Below, in pieces: positions 7,901 to 22,900 of a stretch of 64,000 nt of DNA (position 1 is the first letter of the stretch; every line of letters starts with the position of its first letter). The notes under the pieces are model-generated. The model did no database searches. It was not told where the DNA came from and was given only the letters and a program-made list of their open reading frames with translations. Origin of the DNA: Alphaproteobacteria bacterium (GTDB lineage: Bacteria > Pseudomonadota > Alphaproteobacteria > Rs-D84); contig JAFZXK010000012.1 in NCBI GenBank assembly GCA_017616785.1, forward strand, positions 32,004-96,003. The letters run 5' to 3'. The position numbers and the translations under genes are program-made.

Positions 7901-10900
7901 AACCATACAGGTTACCGGAACGGATGCATTGAATTTGCTTGAAGCATTGGGTGGTGGTACTAGTACTACTTTAAAGTTTTATGCAAAGTATGATGATATA
8001 CAAACTGCCCCAACGAACCCAAATGGATATTTTGCGGTGACAACGACGGAGTTAGCGGCAAATACAGAATTTAAGTTTGCGATGTCCGCGGCGGGTGATT
8101 TCTGGGTTGATTGGGATGCGGATAACCAAAATACCAACAGTATAGTACGTATTACGCCTGATAATACCAACCTCACCATGTATTCGCATGTTTATGGAAC
8201 GTCCGGGGCAAAAACAATTAAGATTTGGCGAACAGTGGGAACAAGTGTGTCGTATAATACCGATATTATTGAGCACCTAGATATTTATACTAGTGTGCCG
8301 GCAATATATTTTGGTGAAGCCCTGGGTATTGATGGGGTTGCACCGACATCAAGTCTTGTGGCGGCTATATCTGGTTCACTTGGTGCGGTTTTCCCGACGG
8401 TTAATAGTACGTTATCTGGCACTCCATCATTTTCTCATGCATTTAAGGGTTGTAGTAACTTGAATGGTAATATACCCGAAGATTTGTTTGGCTATATGTC
8501 TGATGGAAATTATGTTGGTGTGACTGGCTCAAGATCATATATGTTTTCAAACACATTTGCTAATACGGGATTAACGAGTATACCGGGAACGTTGTTTGGT
8601 CGTACTACGATAAATGGGACTTATTATGGTGTATCAGGTGCGGCGGAAGATATGTTCGCTGCTACATTTGCAGGGATGCCTATAAATACTGATACGAATC
8701 CGATACCAGAGAATTTGTTTATAGGAATAACGGGAAATGCGAAGGGGTTGTTTGCATCAACCTTCGCTGGGTGTACAAATTTGAAAACAGTTCAGGCCGG
8801 CTTGTTTAGCGGTGTGTCTGGGGCGGCTAATCAGATGTTTAGGGCCACGTTTATGCAGTCTGGCTTGACGTCGTTACCCCCTGGGTTGTTTGGCGGTGTT
8901 TCCGGTGTTGCACAAGCAATGTTTAATCAAACATTTGCTGGGTGTAACCATTTGCAATTGATACCAGATAGTTTGTTTAGTGGTGTAAGTGCTACTGGAA
9001 ATGTGAATGATTCAGCAGCCAGCATGTTTTATGGTACATTTGTGGCTTGTACCGCGTTAACTGCCCTGCCCGCGACATTGTTTGGAACAATAGATGCGCC
9101 AGGGGTTGATAGGACGTTTATGTTTAGTGGTATGTTTGCTAATAATACGGCTTTGGGGGGGTATATTCCGAAAACGTTGTTTGCGAATGTTACTGATAAT
9201 GATGCTACATATTTTATGACGGATATATTTGGTGGTGATACCAACCTCGCCACATCGTGCGGTTCGTATAATTTAACGCAATATACAACTGGGTTTGAAG
9301 ATTATTGGAATGGGCATGTTTCATGTGCGCCGGTGGCAACGTTTAGTTGTGGTATCGGAAGCGGGACCGCCCCGAGTTCGATATTTGTAGAACCGGTGCA
9401 GTCGGGCAGTGTTACGTTTACATTTCCGGCGGTAAGTGGGTGTAGTGCCCCGAATCATTACAATAATACCAACAGACAATGGACGTGCGATGGTTCGGCA
9501 TGTGTTTATGGAACAAATAGTCATGTATACTGGGGGGGGGGCGAAACCTATCCTACTAGCAACAATGTATCGTGGGATGGTCAACAAAACGTTGAATTCT
9601 ATATGACATATACGCCGGAGACATATACCATAACATTGAAACGAAATCATGACAGCAATGATGACACGAACGTTGGAACGATTACGGAAACATATGCGAC
9701 TTCGTGGTCTGGGGCGCCGACTATTCCGGCAAGTTGGTCCGATGGAACATATACGTATAATTTTGATGGTTATTTTACAACGCGTGATAATACCGGGGCA
9801 CGTATGACCGATTTGAACGGAAATTTTGTTGGTGAGGCGGCGACGTTTATGGTTGGGGCAAGTGGAAATTGGTATGCGCATTGGACGACTATGACGGGGC
9901 CATTTACCGCAACATTTAAGTGTGACGAAGATTCCAATACGACGATTCATACAATATCAAATATTTATATTGATCCGACGAATCATCCGAATGCCGATGT
10001 TATCACTATGCCTGCACTTAGCGTTGGGGCTTCTTGTACCAAAACTGGGTACGAGTTTGCCCGGTGGAAAGTCCTTGGTACCAATGATGTGGTCAACCCG
10101 AATGCTACGTATACCTGGACATTATATGGGGGTTCAGATGTTATCCCCGATTGGCAACCGGTTCAGACCACAATTACACTTAGCCCCAATGGCGGAACGG
10201 GTGGACCGGCGGCAGTGTATACACGGTATGCCAATGGTGTTTATCGGGATTCAGAGCGCACTGTGCAAATGACAACCGGTAATAATCCGCTTACTTCATT
10301 GCCGATGAAAACCGTGAATATAACCTTTGCGCTGAATGATGGCAATTCTGGTGATGCCACGTTGAATGCAGGCGGACAAAGTTATAGTGGCAATAATTTG
10401 TTAAGTGTTCCTGTGGGGTTGCCGTTCCAAGGTTATTATAATACCGACAACACAAGGATGATAAAAGGTAATGTCAAAGAGAATGGCAGTCAAGAATCAA
10501 ACCCGGGCCATATTACTTCCCAAGGTGATACCGACGGTAAGGAGTATACTACAAATCAAACTTGGACGGCTGTGTGGCAACCCAAAACGGTTTCAAATCA
10601 AGATTTCCAATATCAAAATTACGATTTGGAGAATATGATACCAACATGGGACGGACATGTGTTCTTGGGGTGGTTTACCGCGACCAGTGGTGGTCAGCAG
10701 ATAACGGACGGCAATGGTAATATGAATTGCGAAAATTGTTTCAGTCAGAGTATAAACGGAAACAAAACATGGTATGCACATTGGCAGGTGTGTTCACACA
10801 CACAACCATCGGATCCACATGCGACCATGAACGCAATAGGTGCGATTGGTGGTGCGTGTGCGTATCATATTGTCTGTGATCAAACGCCATATGGATATAC

Positions 10901-13900
10901 GCAATATGGTGGAAACAATACAACGCAGAATTTTGATATTATTGCGACGGTGGGCAGTTATAGCGGTGTGTTGGATAGTGCAAAATGTTTGCCACGGACT
11001 TATAGCATAGATTATCAAAATGTAACCGAACATGGTGGAACTTTGCCGGCGGGGACGATTGATACATATACATATGGGGTTGAGACGGAGGTTAATGCTG
11101 TGCCGACATCACCATCAGAGAATTTTGAATCATGGTGCACGGGCTATGATGAATCAACGGGTGTATATTCGGGCTGTGCCACGACACAGACGATACCTGA
11201 TACGACATATGGTGATAAACCATATTATGCAAAGTGGGCTGGGTGTAAAACGGGATACAGAACCTATAATTATGATGTTCGGGTTACAGCCGATTATGAT
11301 AATCAAAGCCATGAATATCTTGCGGGGGCTTGTGCGCCTGGGAATTATGTGGTTACTTGTAACAAAAATTGTCCGGCGGGTGAAACATGTAATGCGTGTT
11401 TGGAAGATATCTTTTCGCAATATCATTTGGGTCAAAGATATGGTGTTTATTCACAACAGTGGGAAACGCAGGTCGGTGTAGTCGGGGCCTTGGGGGCGGT
11501 TTTGCCACATGGTTCAGGTTCACAATATTTACCATTTGGGGGGGATGAATATGGACAAAGTGGAGATACAAGTTTTGGAATAAGACCTTTATATTCTTAT
11601 AATGGGATTGGTGCAGGAACAGATCCTTTGGACATGCCCGCTAGTAGCATCTTTATGCAAAATGATTATGTTGCTTATATGACTGCTTTGACACAATTGA
11701 ATAACAAAACATTTGGAACAAGTCACTATGACTTTAACGGTTTATGGACAGATGCGACATCAGAAGATAGTCAGTATAGATATTTACCGACGGTAAATGG
11801 AACAACGCCGTGGTCGCAACGAAATGCGGATGGCAAGGCTCTTTCGAAATTCTTTACATCTGATGCGACGGTCTATGCGCATTGGATACCGCATGTTTAT
11901 AGTGTGAAATTGATGCGGAATCACAGCAGCACGGATTATAACCAAAAAGGGACTTTGTATGAAGAATACGGAAATGGTTGGAACAATGCGAATACTGGCA
12001 CATTTGGTACGAATTATCAGTTGCCCAGTGATTTAATTCCGTCATGGACCGGATATACATTTAGTGGGTATTGGACTACACGCGATGATAGTGGAACCCA
12101 GTTAGTCGCAAAAGTGAACAATGCATGGACAGTTACAGCAGATGCAAAGACACTTGTTGATAACAACGCAAAATGGTATGCACATTGGACACCGAAACAG
12201 TTCACGATTACATTGGATAATGCGGATGCTTTGGTTAATGGAACGGCGTCTTTGACATCAATATATGATTCGGGTGCGTATTTAAATGTTGATGGCACGT
12301 TGACGTTGATGGATAAAGATAATGGACCGGCGATTACCCTGCCCGAACATAAATATACTGTTTCGTTTGATTTGAATTATAATGGTGCACCGAATGGGCC
12401 GGCTACTCAGTATCCTGGGTGGACGTTTAATGGATATTTTAGTGCGTCATCAAATGGAACAAAGTATATCGCCGCGGATGGTAAGATTACGCAGAGTGGT
12501 ACAGATAAAGCAAAAATACTTACGGCAAACGCCACATGGAATGCACAATGGACACAGGTTGCAAATTTGACTTTGCCGGACGTTTATAACTCTGGTGCGG
12601 GGTATTTTGGACAACCGGGGTATGTTTTTATCGGATGGTGGACAACGTCGAATGAGAATGCCGGGACAAGTGTTGGTGTCAATGGCGATACATACGATGC
12701 TGCACAAAATCAAACGCTAAATCAAACGCTGTATGCGCAGTGGAGACCGTGTAGTTATACCGGTGCCACAGGTGCCACGAGTGTTTCGGTAGCGACAAGT
12801 GATCTTAATGCATGTGTTTATACGATAACTTGTCCGGCCAACTATACGTGTGAAGGAAATAATTGTGAGATTATTGGTGAACCCGATAGTTATGCGACCG
12901 TTACTTTGCCGGATTGTGTTGGTGCGGGTCATACCATCACATATTATGATAATCCAGCGTATGGGACGAATGTTGAGTTGAATACGCAATCATATACTTA
13001 TAATCCAAATGGGTCTGTGACGTTGAATCCAGATTTGAACAACACTGTTTACGATGATCATCATGCCGCGTCTGTTCAATGGTGTGATATAGATGGTAAT
13101 AATTGCGTGACACAAATTGCACCACAAAATCAGACTGGCGACATAGCACTTTATGCAAAATGGACTTGTGCGACGGGGTATACGTCAACGTATACATTTG
13201 ATGCTCAGGTTGCAGAATATGGCAGCAATAGCGGATTTGTTGAATTTAATGCTGGGATGTGCGCTCCAAAACGTTATCGTATAATATGTGATAAAAATTG
13301 CCCAACGTATACATCAGATGGGCAAACGGTAACAGAAAGTTGCAATGCGTGTTTGGAAGATTTTAGTTTGCTTCAAGCGGGGACTGTTGGGAAATATAGC
13401 TGGGGGTATTTGTATAATTCTAGTTTGTTTGATCCTAATGGGGCGTTGGAATCTTCTCAGGTTCCCGTGCCTGTGTATTCGGTAAATAGCACCCTAGGCG
13501 ATTTTATGCTTTTTACGACAACACCAAAATATGAACATTTATACCTGTGGCCGGTTCCGTTAGATGAAAATGCTAGTTTGCTTGGTGCACTTAATACTGG
13601 AAACTATAAGACGTTTATGATGGCGCTTGCCAACGAACAGTACAACAGTAGTCTCGACTTTGGAGCGCAACATTATACTTTTGATGGTTTATGGACCGCG
13701 GCCAGTGATGGAGAAATTTATATTAATGCCAATGGTTGGGTGGCAGGACCAAACAATACAGATTCAGAAATGCATAGCGAAGTTGCCTCAAAGTCCTTTA
13801 CATCAGATACAGATGTCTATGCGCATTGGGACCCGAAAGTATATGATATTACTTTGGACCCCGATGATGGAACCCCGGGTGGCAGTATGAGTGGTACAGT

Positions 13901-16900
13901 CGTAACCTTGTTGAAACAAAAATGGAATACTGGGTGGAAGGCCGGAACACATGGTGATTTTGTTTCAGCAGGCAGTTTCCAATTGTCTGGGCCCCAATTG
14001 CCGACAAGGGACGGATACATATTTAATGGATATTATACACAACAAAATTGTCAGGGAACCAAGATTGTTAATGCCGATGGAACATTGAACCTTAATGCGA
14101 CCAGTACCGCGGGCGATGTTCAGCATGCAACATATTTTGAAAATGAAAATGGTTCGACATTGTATGCATGTTGGGAATCGTTGAGTTATAATATATCTTA
14201 TGACTGGAACGGTGGCAGTCATGATACGTGTTCTGATAGCGGTAATCCAGCCGTTTGTCCGTCGGTTGCAACGTTTGGTGGAAATGCGTTCCGTGTGCCA
14301 GCTCCAACGCATGAACACGGAACGTTCAAGGGTTGGATAATAACCGGTATGGACGATGGTGTTGCGCATAAATATGGACAAGATTCTTCGGTAACAAATA
14401 CGACCACCAATACGGGTTTGGATTTGTCGCAAACGAATGATGGTCCAAGTATGGTATATTTCAAAGACCTGCGCGGAAGTGCCGGAACCGTTACGTTTAC
14501 GGCAAAATGGGAATGCACCCAAGGATGGGGCAATGCCGATTGTTCGGAACCGGGTGCACATGTTATAACTATTAAGGCGGGTTATGGTGTTAGTAAATTA
14601 AATGGTGGTACCGGGTGGAGTGGTAATGATACAGGTACAATAACCCGGTCGTACAATACTGATGGTGAAGTAACACTTGGGGATATTAATGCGACCTTAA
14701 AAGGTGGTTATACTGGGCGGACATATCGCGTTACGGTTTCTGGTAATGGGCAACTGATAGAAAATAATACGAAATTTAAGGTTGGTTCCGGTGATGCGAC
14801 GATATACATAGATGCCACTGGGATAACTACGCCGGTACCGACAATTAGTGGTGGTGCAACAAAGGTATATAATTACCAAAGCACAACACTTACAGGGACC
14901 GTGAGTAATAGTACAGATTATGATTCCGGAATATCTTTCACATATCGGTTTGGTGTATCGGATACAAGTGATGGGACATATGACTATACGACGTCCGATA
15001 TTAATACGAAAACAATTGCGAAAGATGCATATCTTGATACCAAGTATCACAAGGTTGAAATAACCGCCCATGGTGAAGGTGAACTTGCCAGTTCGGCGGG
15101 CGTTTCGGCAACGCCGGCGGAGGTAAAACTCCAAAATGCGCCAATAAAGTTTAATGTCGGCACCGGGGAAACATTGGTTGGATCTTCGCCGCTTTATGCG
15201 CCGTATAATATAAATGGAAATCTGTATAGTGGTGAATTTAGTCCGGCAACTGATACGCCCGCAACCGTTCCAAGTGCAACAAAGAGTAACTATAATTTTG
15301 CCGGTTGGTGGACGTCGGCGGATGGTGGTAGCATGGTGTACGATGGGGACAGGACCTTGACATCTAACAATGTTTCGGGGTATGTAAATTATGCCAATGG
15401 TGAGACAAAATGGGTTGTTACATCCACAAATGGCAAAGATTTATATCCACACTGGGACGGCAAGATCTATACAATCACTTTGGATAGAAATGGTGCAACC
15501 AATGGAACGGCAACATTCTATGAAAAGTATGATAATGGGTACGCGTTATCAAGTAATCCAACCGATTGGACGACAACTTTATCAATTACCGTGCCGACAA
15601 AGACAGGACACACATTTGGTGGATATTATGCCAATAGTAATTTTAGTGGCGCCCAGGTCATCGGAACGGATGGTGCGTTGCCGACCAATCCTAAATACTT
15701 CACACAGAGTAAGACATTGTATGCCAAATGGACGGCGAATACGTATAACATATCGTATAATACTAACGGGGGAACCGCAGGAACGGATCAGCCGGAAACG
15801 GTGACGTTTGGCACCGTGTTCCATGTGGATAATCCGACGCCGACGGGGCATCAAACTTCCTTTGCCGGGTGGAACGTAACAAATATGCAATCGGGTGTTA
15901 CGCACTATTATGGTACGTCAGATTCGAACGTGGCCGCCCACGGAACGGGAACAAGTTGGGGTTACACAACCATTACACCGGATAGACAGTATTTCAAAAA
16001 TCTGCGTGCGAATGCGGATGCGACGGTGAAGTTTACGGCGGTTTGGAATTGTGAATATCCTTATGAGGCCCCGGCATGTTCAGAACCGGGAGATGTGAAA
16101 GTGACGGTTAATCCGGGCGCGGGTGTTTCGACAGTGGCCGGTGTTGGCGACGGATGGGTAAGCGATGGGTCCGGATCAGTTTATAAATATTTTGATTTTG
16201 GGGAGCAAATAACCTTGTCGACAGTGGTGTCACCGGTATTAAAACTTGGCTATATCGCAACCAGTGGGTATGCGTATACAAAGACGAGTGGTGCTGGAAC
16301 GCTTAATAATGGAGTGTTTACGGTTGGTGATGGCGATGCAGAGATAACTGTTGCCGCAACGGGGGTAAAAACACCAGTCCCGACAATCAGTGGTGGTGTG
16401 ACGCAGATATATAACTATCAAGATGTAACCCTTGTGGGAACCCTTGGGAATAGTACTGATTACGGCAGTGATAGTGGAATATCATTCGCATATCAATATG
16501 GTTATTCAACATCAAGTGATGGCACGTATGGAAATTGGACGACGTCGCCCACCGTTGGCGCAGCCGCTTTCCACGGGACAAGGTATTACAAAGCCAAAAT
16601 AACCGCCAGTGGTGAAGGTGGACTTAGTGCGACAGGAACTTCGAGTAATCCGACAGAGGTGACTTTGACCCAAAGGACGGTAACCTTTAATCCAAATGGT
16701 GGGACGTTGGGCGACAGCAGTGGGCGGTATATAAGGTATAATAGCCCAGATTTGTACACAACCGCCACCAGTGATACGCCAATTGCGGCGCCAACCGTTA
16801 CGCGGAATTATTACACATTTGATGGTTGGTGGACAACATCAAGTGGTGATGGAAGTCAAATATATGACGCAAATGGTAATTTAACAACGACAACGATTGC

Positions 16901-19900
16901 CGGGTGGACCGGTGAATATGGATGGGCCGCGACCCAGGATAGGACGCTTTATGCGCGTTGGAATGGAAATGTGTATAAATTGAATCTGAATAAGAATGGT
17001 GGAACAACAAATGGTTCGGCCGTCACTGTTTTGAATGAAAAGTATGGAACCGGGTGGCGTATTGGGACCAGTGGGAATTTTAGTTCAAGTGTATCGTTGT
17101 CTGGTGATCAATTACCGACAATGCCGGGTCACACATTTGCGGGGTATTATGATGAGGCAACAAACGGAAATCCAAAGGGAACCTTTGAAAATGGAAGTTG
17201 GACAACGCCTGGGGCGACCACAATTACCGCGGAAACGACATGGTATGCGCATTGGACACCGAATACATATACCGTGACATATGATTGCGGTATTGGTAAT
17301 GGTGCCGGTTCAACGGATACGGCGACGTATAATCCAAATAATGATCCAAACGGAAGTTATACAACGAAAACCTTGGCACAGGCGAATTGTGAAACATCAT
17401 TGATGGGGCATTATTTCAATGGTTGGAATGTAACGCCGGGACATAGTGCAAGCGATACGTGGGGGGCTGGTGTTTGGCGCGCATGGGATTATACTGAAAA
17501 TCAAACTCTTACGGCGCGGTGGGTGGCCAAGGAATATCATATAACATTTGATAACAATGGGGCCACTACGCCGGGAACGAGTCAGGTATGGGAACATTAT
17601 GGCACAACTGGAGGATTCTGGCATGATGCGGCCCAAAACCATGTGACAACGATAACTTTGCCACAGAAAACCGGGCACACATTTAATGGTTATGCGTTAA
17701 ATGGGGTAACTTATATAGATACTAACAATAACCTGCCCGAACCGACACTGACCTTTGGTGATACATCGAACAATGCGACGGTTGATATAACCCTTACCGC
17801 ACAATGGACACCGATTACATATAACATATACTATGATGAAAACGGTGGTTCGCGGACATTACCGGCGGGATACACACCACGTGAATTCATTGAATCGAAT
17901 GGTACACAGTATATTGACACAGGGATAAAGGGAAATATGGGGTATACGTATGAACTTGAATTTCAGCAAACAGATACTGGTAACTATCGGAATTGGGGTG
18001 TATTTAATCAGTCTGGATATAGTGGACAAAATATGAGTTTAACATATGTTAATGGTTGGGCTGTAAGATGGGAAGCAAGGGCCGGTCAACGATCTTATGT
18101 TGATTTGGGAACAAAAAATACCGATCGACATGTATTACGCGTAGTGGATGGTGAGGTTTACTTTGATGGTGTGGATAAAGGTAAAAGTGCTGGACATGAT
18201 TCTTCGTTTGAATTTAATTACAACCTGTTCTTAGGTACCATTAATCCAGGTGGAACCACCCCGAGTTCAAATGCGAAATCAAGGTATTATTCCTATAGGG
18301 TTTGGAATGCGAGTGGCGAATTAATTCAAAATTTAATTCCGGTGTCACATGTTGAAAACGGTGTAACGGTTGTTGGAATGTATGATACGGTGTCTGGGCA
18401 ATTCTTTACCAGTGTGCCGTCTGGGACAAATTTTGCCGCCGGACCGGCTGTGGATATAAGTACAACATTGTATCCGAACAATTATACTTACGGTGTTGGG
18501 GCGAAGATTTACGCTGTTCCGATGCGCGAACATAGTGTGTTTCAGGGTTGGTGTCGGACGGAAAATCCGTTTACCGGTTGTGCGATGCCGTATGAAATAA
18601 CGACAACGGATTTGGGTGATAAAACATTGTACGCAAAGTGGCGTTGTGAAACGGGGTATAGTGACACCGGCAGTGCCTGTGTTGCGAATACGATTATATT
18701 GAATTGGAATGAAAATAATGGAAATTACCAAGAATTGCCAAATGATCAGTGCACTTATGGTGGTGATTTGACATTGCCTGGTGGTGCACCAGTGAACAGT
18801 AATGCATTGGTGTTTAATGGATGGAAGTTGGTGAATAATGATTATGTCGACGGTGGGGATACCGTTACAAATGGATGCGTTGAAACATATACTGGTGTTA
18901 CCAGTGGAACAAGTACCGGTATAATGGCACAGTGGTGCAATGCATGTAATACAACCCATGCTACATGCACGTTGGATGCAACGACTGTGCCAGGAACATG
19001 TTCATATACGACCGCGTGCGAAAGTGGGTATCACCTTAGTCCGGATTCGGCACTAAATGTTTACAATACTGTTTGTATTCCGTACACAATAACATATGAT
19101 GCAAATGGTCATGGGAATGGTGCGGTGGATGATAATGTCCGTTATAATCAAACGTTTACGACAAATGATGCAAAAGATACGGATGAATTCTTGTGGGCGA
19201 ATCATATTGTGACCACATGGACACGTGTTTCGGGTGGAAACTTCCCAAATGTTGGTGCGGAATATCCATACAATGTTCAAAGTGATACGACACTGCGTGC
19301 AAATTGGGGTGAGTGCAATTGTACACCAGGAACAAATGCGACCGCGTGTTCAACGACATCATCAAATAATGAGTGCCAGGTAAATGTAATTACGTGTGCC
19401 ACCGGATATACCGGAACATCGTGGAGTTGCGATGGTACAGATTGCACGGCTAGTTGCAGCGATAGTCACAATCATACAATTAGTTTACAACACGCACTTA
19501 GTGGTGTGACTGGTGGAACGAACACGATTTATTCGATAGATAGTGGAGCAAGTTCTGGGGCGGGTGTTTACCTTGATAACACTCATCAACAGTTGATGGC
19601 GGTTAGTGGTGCGAATTCTAATCCTGTTACATTGCCCGATTCGTTTGCGTATACGGTGACGTATGATGTATCGGGTGGCACATTGGAAACCGGTGCGGCA
19701 AATTCGGCCCAAGCGGTTGCCACATTTAATGGATACTATGATTCTGCAAATGGAGAGGGTTTATACATTTCAGGTGATACCGGTAATATAACTAGTGAAG
19801 GTATTGCGGCTGGAACGAGCACAAATTCCGACGCGACTTGGTGGGGACAATGGACGATTGCGTCGATTACTTTGCCAATCGCGTATCGTCCGGGATATGT

Positions 19901-22900
19901 TTTTGCGGGATGGTTTGTTGCTAATGGGGCGACACCCGTGGGAAATAATGAAGGTCAGTTTACACCGGGTAATAATGTGACGTTGTATGCGCATTGGACC
20001 GAATGTGCCGCGGGGAACTATTGCCCGGGAATGGAAACTGTAGATGGTGAAACGCTGTATAATACGGTGTATTCTTGCAGTCAGGCAACAAACGGAAAAT
20101 ACGAAAATAGTGTGGCCGGCAGCGACGATATCAGTGATTGTTATTTGGTATTAGAAGCCGGTAAATGGGTTGAAACGGTGGGGGCTGGTAAAGTTGCGTG
20201 TACCGAAGGTTATTATTGTAATGATAATGCGACACAGGTTTATTATTCTGACCCAGGGGATAATCGTCGGACCACAGGTATAAGGAATGCCTGTCCAACA
20301 GGTTTTGCGAATACGGTTGGAACGGGTAACACATCAATAAATCAGTGCTATAAAAATGTAACATTGAACAAGCGTGGCGGTAGTGGCAATCTTGGTGGGG
20401 CAAGTGGTACGAATAATGGTTCACGGTTGTGTTATTATGATATAGATTGTACATTACCGGATGCGTCGGTGTTGGTGTTGACCGGGCATACTTTCCACGG
20501 TGGTTGGACCGACCAGGCCGACACAGATTGTGATAGTACTACGCGCGTGTTTAATATGCCGAACGATTATCCTGATACTGATACTTTTTATGCTTGCCGG
20601 ACAACAAATGCTTATACGGTTACATTAAAGGACGGAATTGACACAAATACAACATACGGAACTGTGAGTAATGTTACCTATGGACAGCCGATGCCGACGG
20701 TTGCGGTACCAGAGCATTCTGCACAGCATACCACATATACCTTTACGGGATATTACGATAACCCACAGACATCGAATTCGGGCGTGAAGTATTATAATGC
20801 GGATGGAACAAGCGCAAAAGATTGGGATGTTGCCCAGAATGCCAGTTTATATGCATGGTGGGATGTTGGATGCGATGCGGGATATTATTTGCCGGCGAAC
20901 AGTTTTGTATGTACCGCGTTGTGCCCGGCGGGAAAATATTGTGCGGGAAATATGACTTTTTCAGCGGTGCTTTTGCCGTGGGATGCCGACCAAGGAATAT
21001 CTGGGGTCGTGGCGGCCGGGTATTACAGCACCGGCGGCGGAACAATTGCGACACCGACCGCCGCGGGTAATGGATGTGTGACCGGAAACACATGTGGCAT
21101 TGTTAGCGGTGGGTACTACAGCACCGGTGGCGGAACGGCCGCGGCGCCGACGGAGACGGGTAATGGATGCCTTAGTGGATATACTTGCGGTATATTGTCC
21201 GCGGATTATTTCAGCAATGGTGGTGGAACGGTTCCAAACCCAAGTGGTACACAAAACGCTGGGTGTGTCAGTGGACAAACTTGCGGAACCTGCCCTGTGA
21301 ATTATCGGGCGGCGACTGATACAACCGGTAAAACCGTTATTACGCAATGTGTGGCTGCATGTATTGCGGGTCAACGCGTTGTGAACGCCGCAGACCCAGA
21401 CGTCAATAGTCCGTATGCCGCAGGTTGCACGACGCCGTCTGGAAATTTGTGGTGGAGTGATGCACACAATGTAAATTATGGGTCAGCGTCCCCGGCTGTT
21501 AGTGTTGCAACGGATACGGGGGTTCACACATGTGCGACGAACTATGCGACAGTAGCACCTTCTAATGATCCTAATGATCATAATGAGCAATCTGATTGCA
21601 AACGAAATGTATGGTTGAACAAAAATGGTGGAACAACGATAGATGGAGCAACATGGCCCGAAGGGGTGACGGATAATGGGGACACCCAGTTAAAACGTAC
21701 ATGCCAAGAAGGCGTGTCTTGTGCATTTGGTAATCCGGCGCTGTTGCTGGAAAAACCGGGGTGGACATTCCAAAATGCGTGGGGAACTAATGCTAGTTGT
21801 ACGGGTACAACGTATGAGTCACCCGTTGCGTCGCCATTAACCAGTGCAAAGTATTACGCGTGCAAGAATCAAATCGATTACACATTGACCTATGCGTGCG
21901 GGACGGGCACAGGAACGGCGCCGGTACACACGACACCAAATCCAATACATTATGGTAATACGGTTACGGTTGCTGCGGTTGGTGATTGTGCCAAAACGGG
22001 GCATCATTTCACCGGTTGGGCGGTTAGCAATTCCGAAGATGTTGTGCAACCGGGTAATATGACGTGGAATTACGAGGAAAACAAGACCTTTACCGCACAA
22101 TGGGCGCCAGATGTGTATGATATTGATTATGATTGGAATGGCGGAAACGCATATTCATCGGCCGTGCCAGCGGAATATAGTCAGGTTGGATATGTAGATA
22201 TGCCCGCTGGTTCGTATTTACTTACAGATATAATACCGACTTATGATGGACATTATGAGTTAGATTTTCAGACAACAACTATGACTGCCAGCCCAACAAC
22301 ATATTTGGGGGCGAGAACTAGTTCAAGCACAAACGGTTTGCGTTTGGCACATATATCATCTGGTGTGTTTAGATTTTATGGTTTTGGGAGTTATGTTGAT
22401 TCAACTGTAAATTGCCAAAATAATACAAGATATAAATTTGTTTGGGATAACAAAGATTGCACTTTAACAACTGGCGACACAACGATAATATCAAAAACAT
22501 TTACAACTTCTGGCAGCAATACAACCCCTTTGAGTATAAACGCCTGGAATACAGAGGGGGCTATTAACGGGAACAACGAAGGCATCCGTGTCTATTCGTT
22601 CAAAGCGTGGAACAATCAGGGTACATTGATTGCGAACTATGTTCCTGTTAAGGACAGCAATGATGAAGCCGGATTCTATGATACGGTATCTGGGGAATTC
22701 AAAGGTGCGACAGCCGGGACCTTGAGTGCTACCGATGAATATCCGATGGAATATACATATGGTGTTGGGGCGACGGTTTATGGTGTGCCGGTGCGCGCAA
22801 ACAGTGTGTTCGAAGGTTGGTGCCGAACGGAATCGGCCGGAAATACATTTGACGATTGTGCAATGCCGCATGAAATCACCACAACCGACATCGAAGATAA

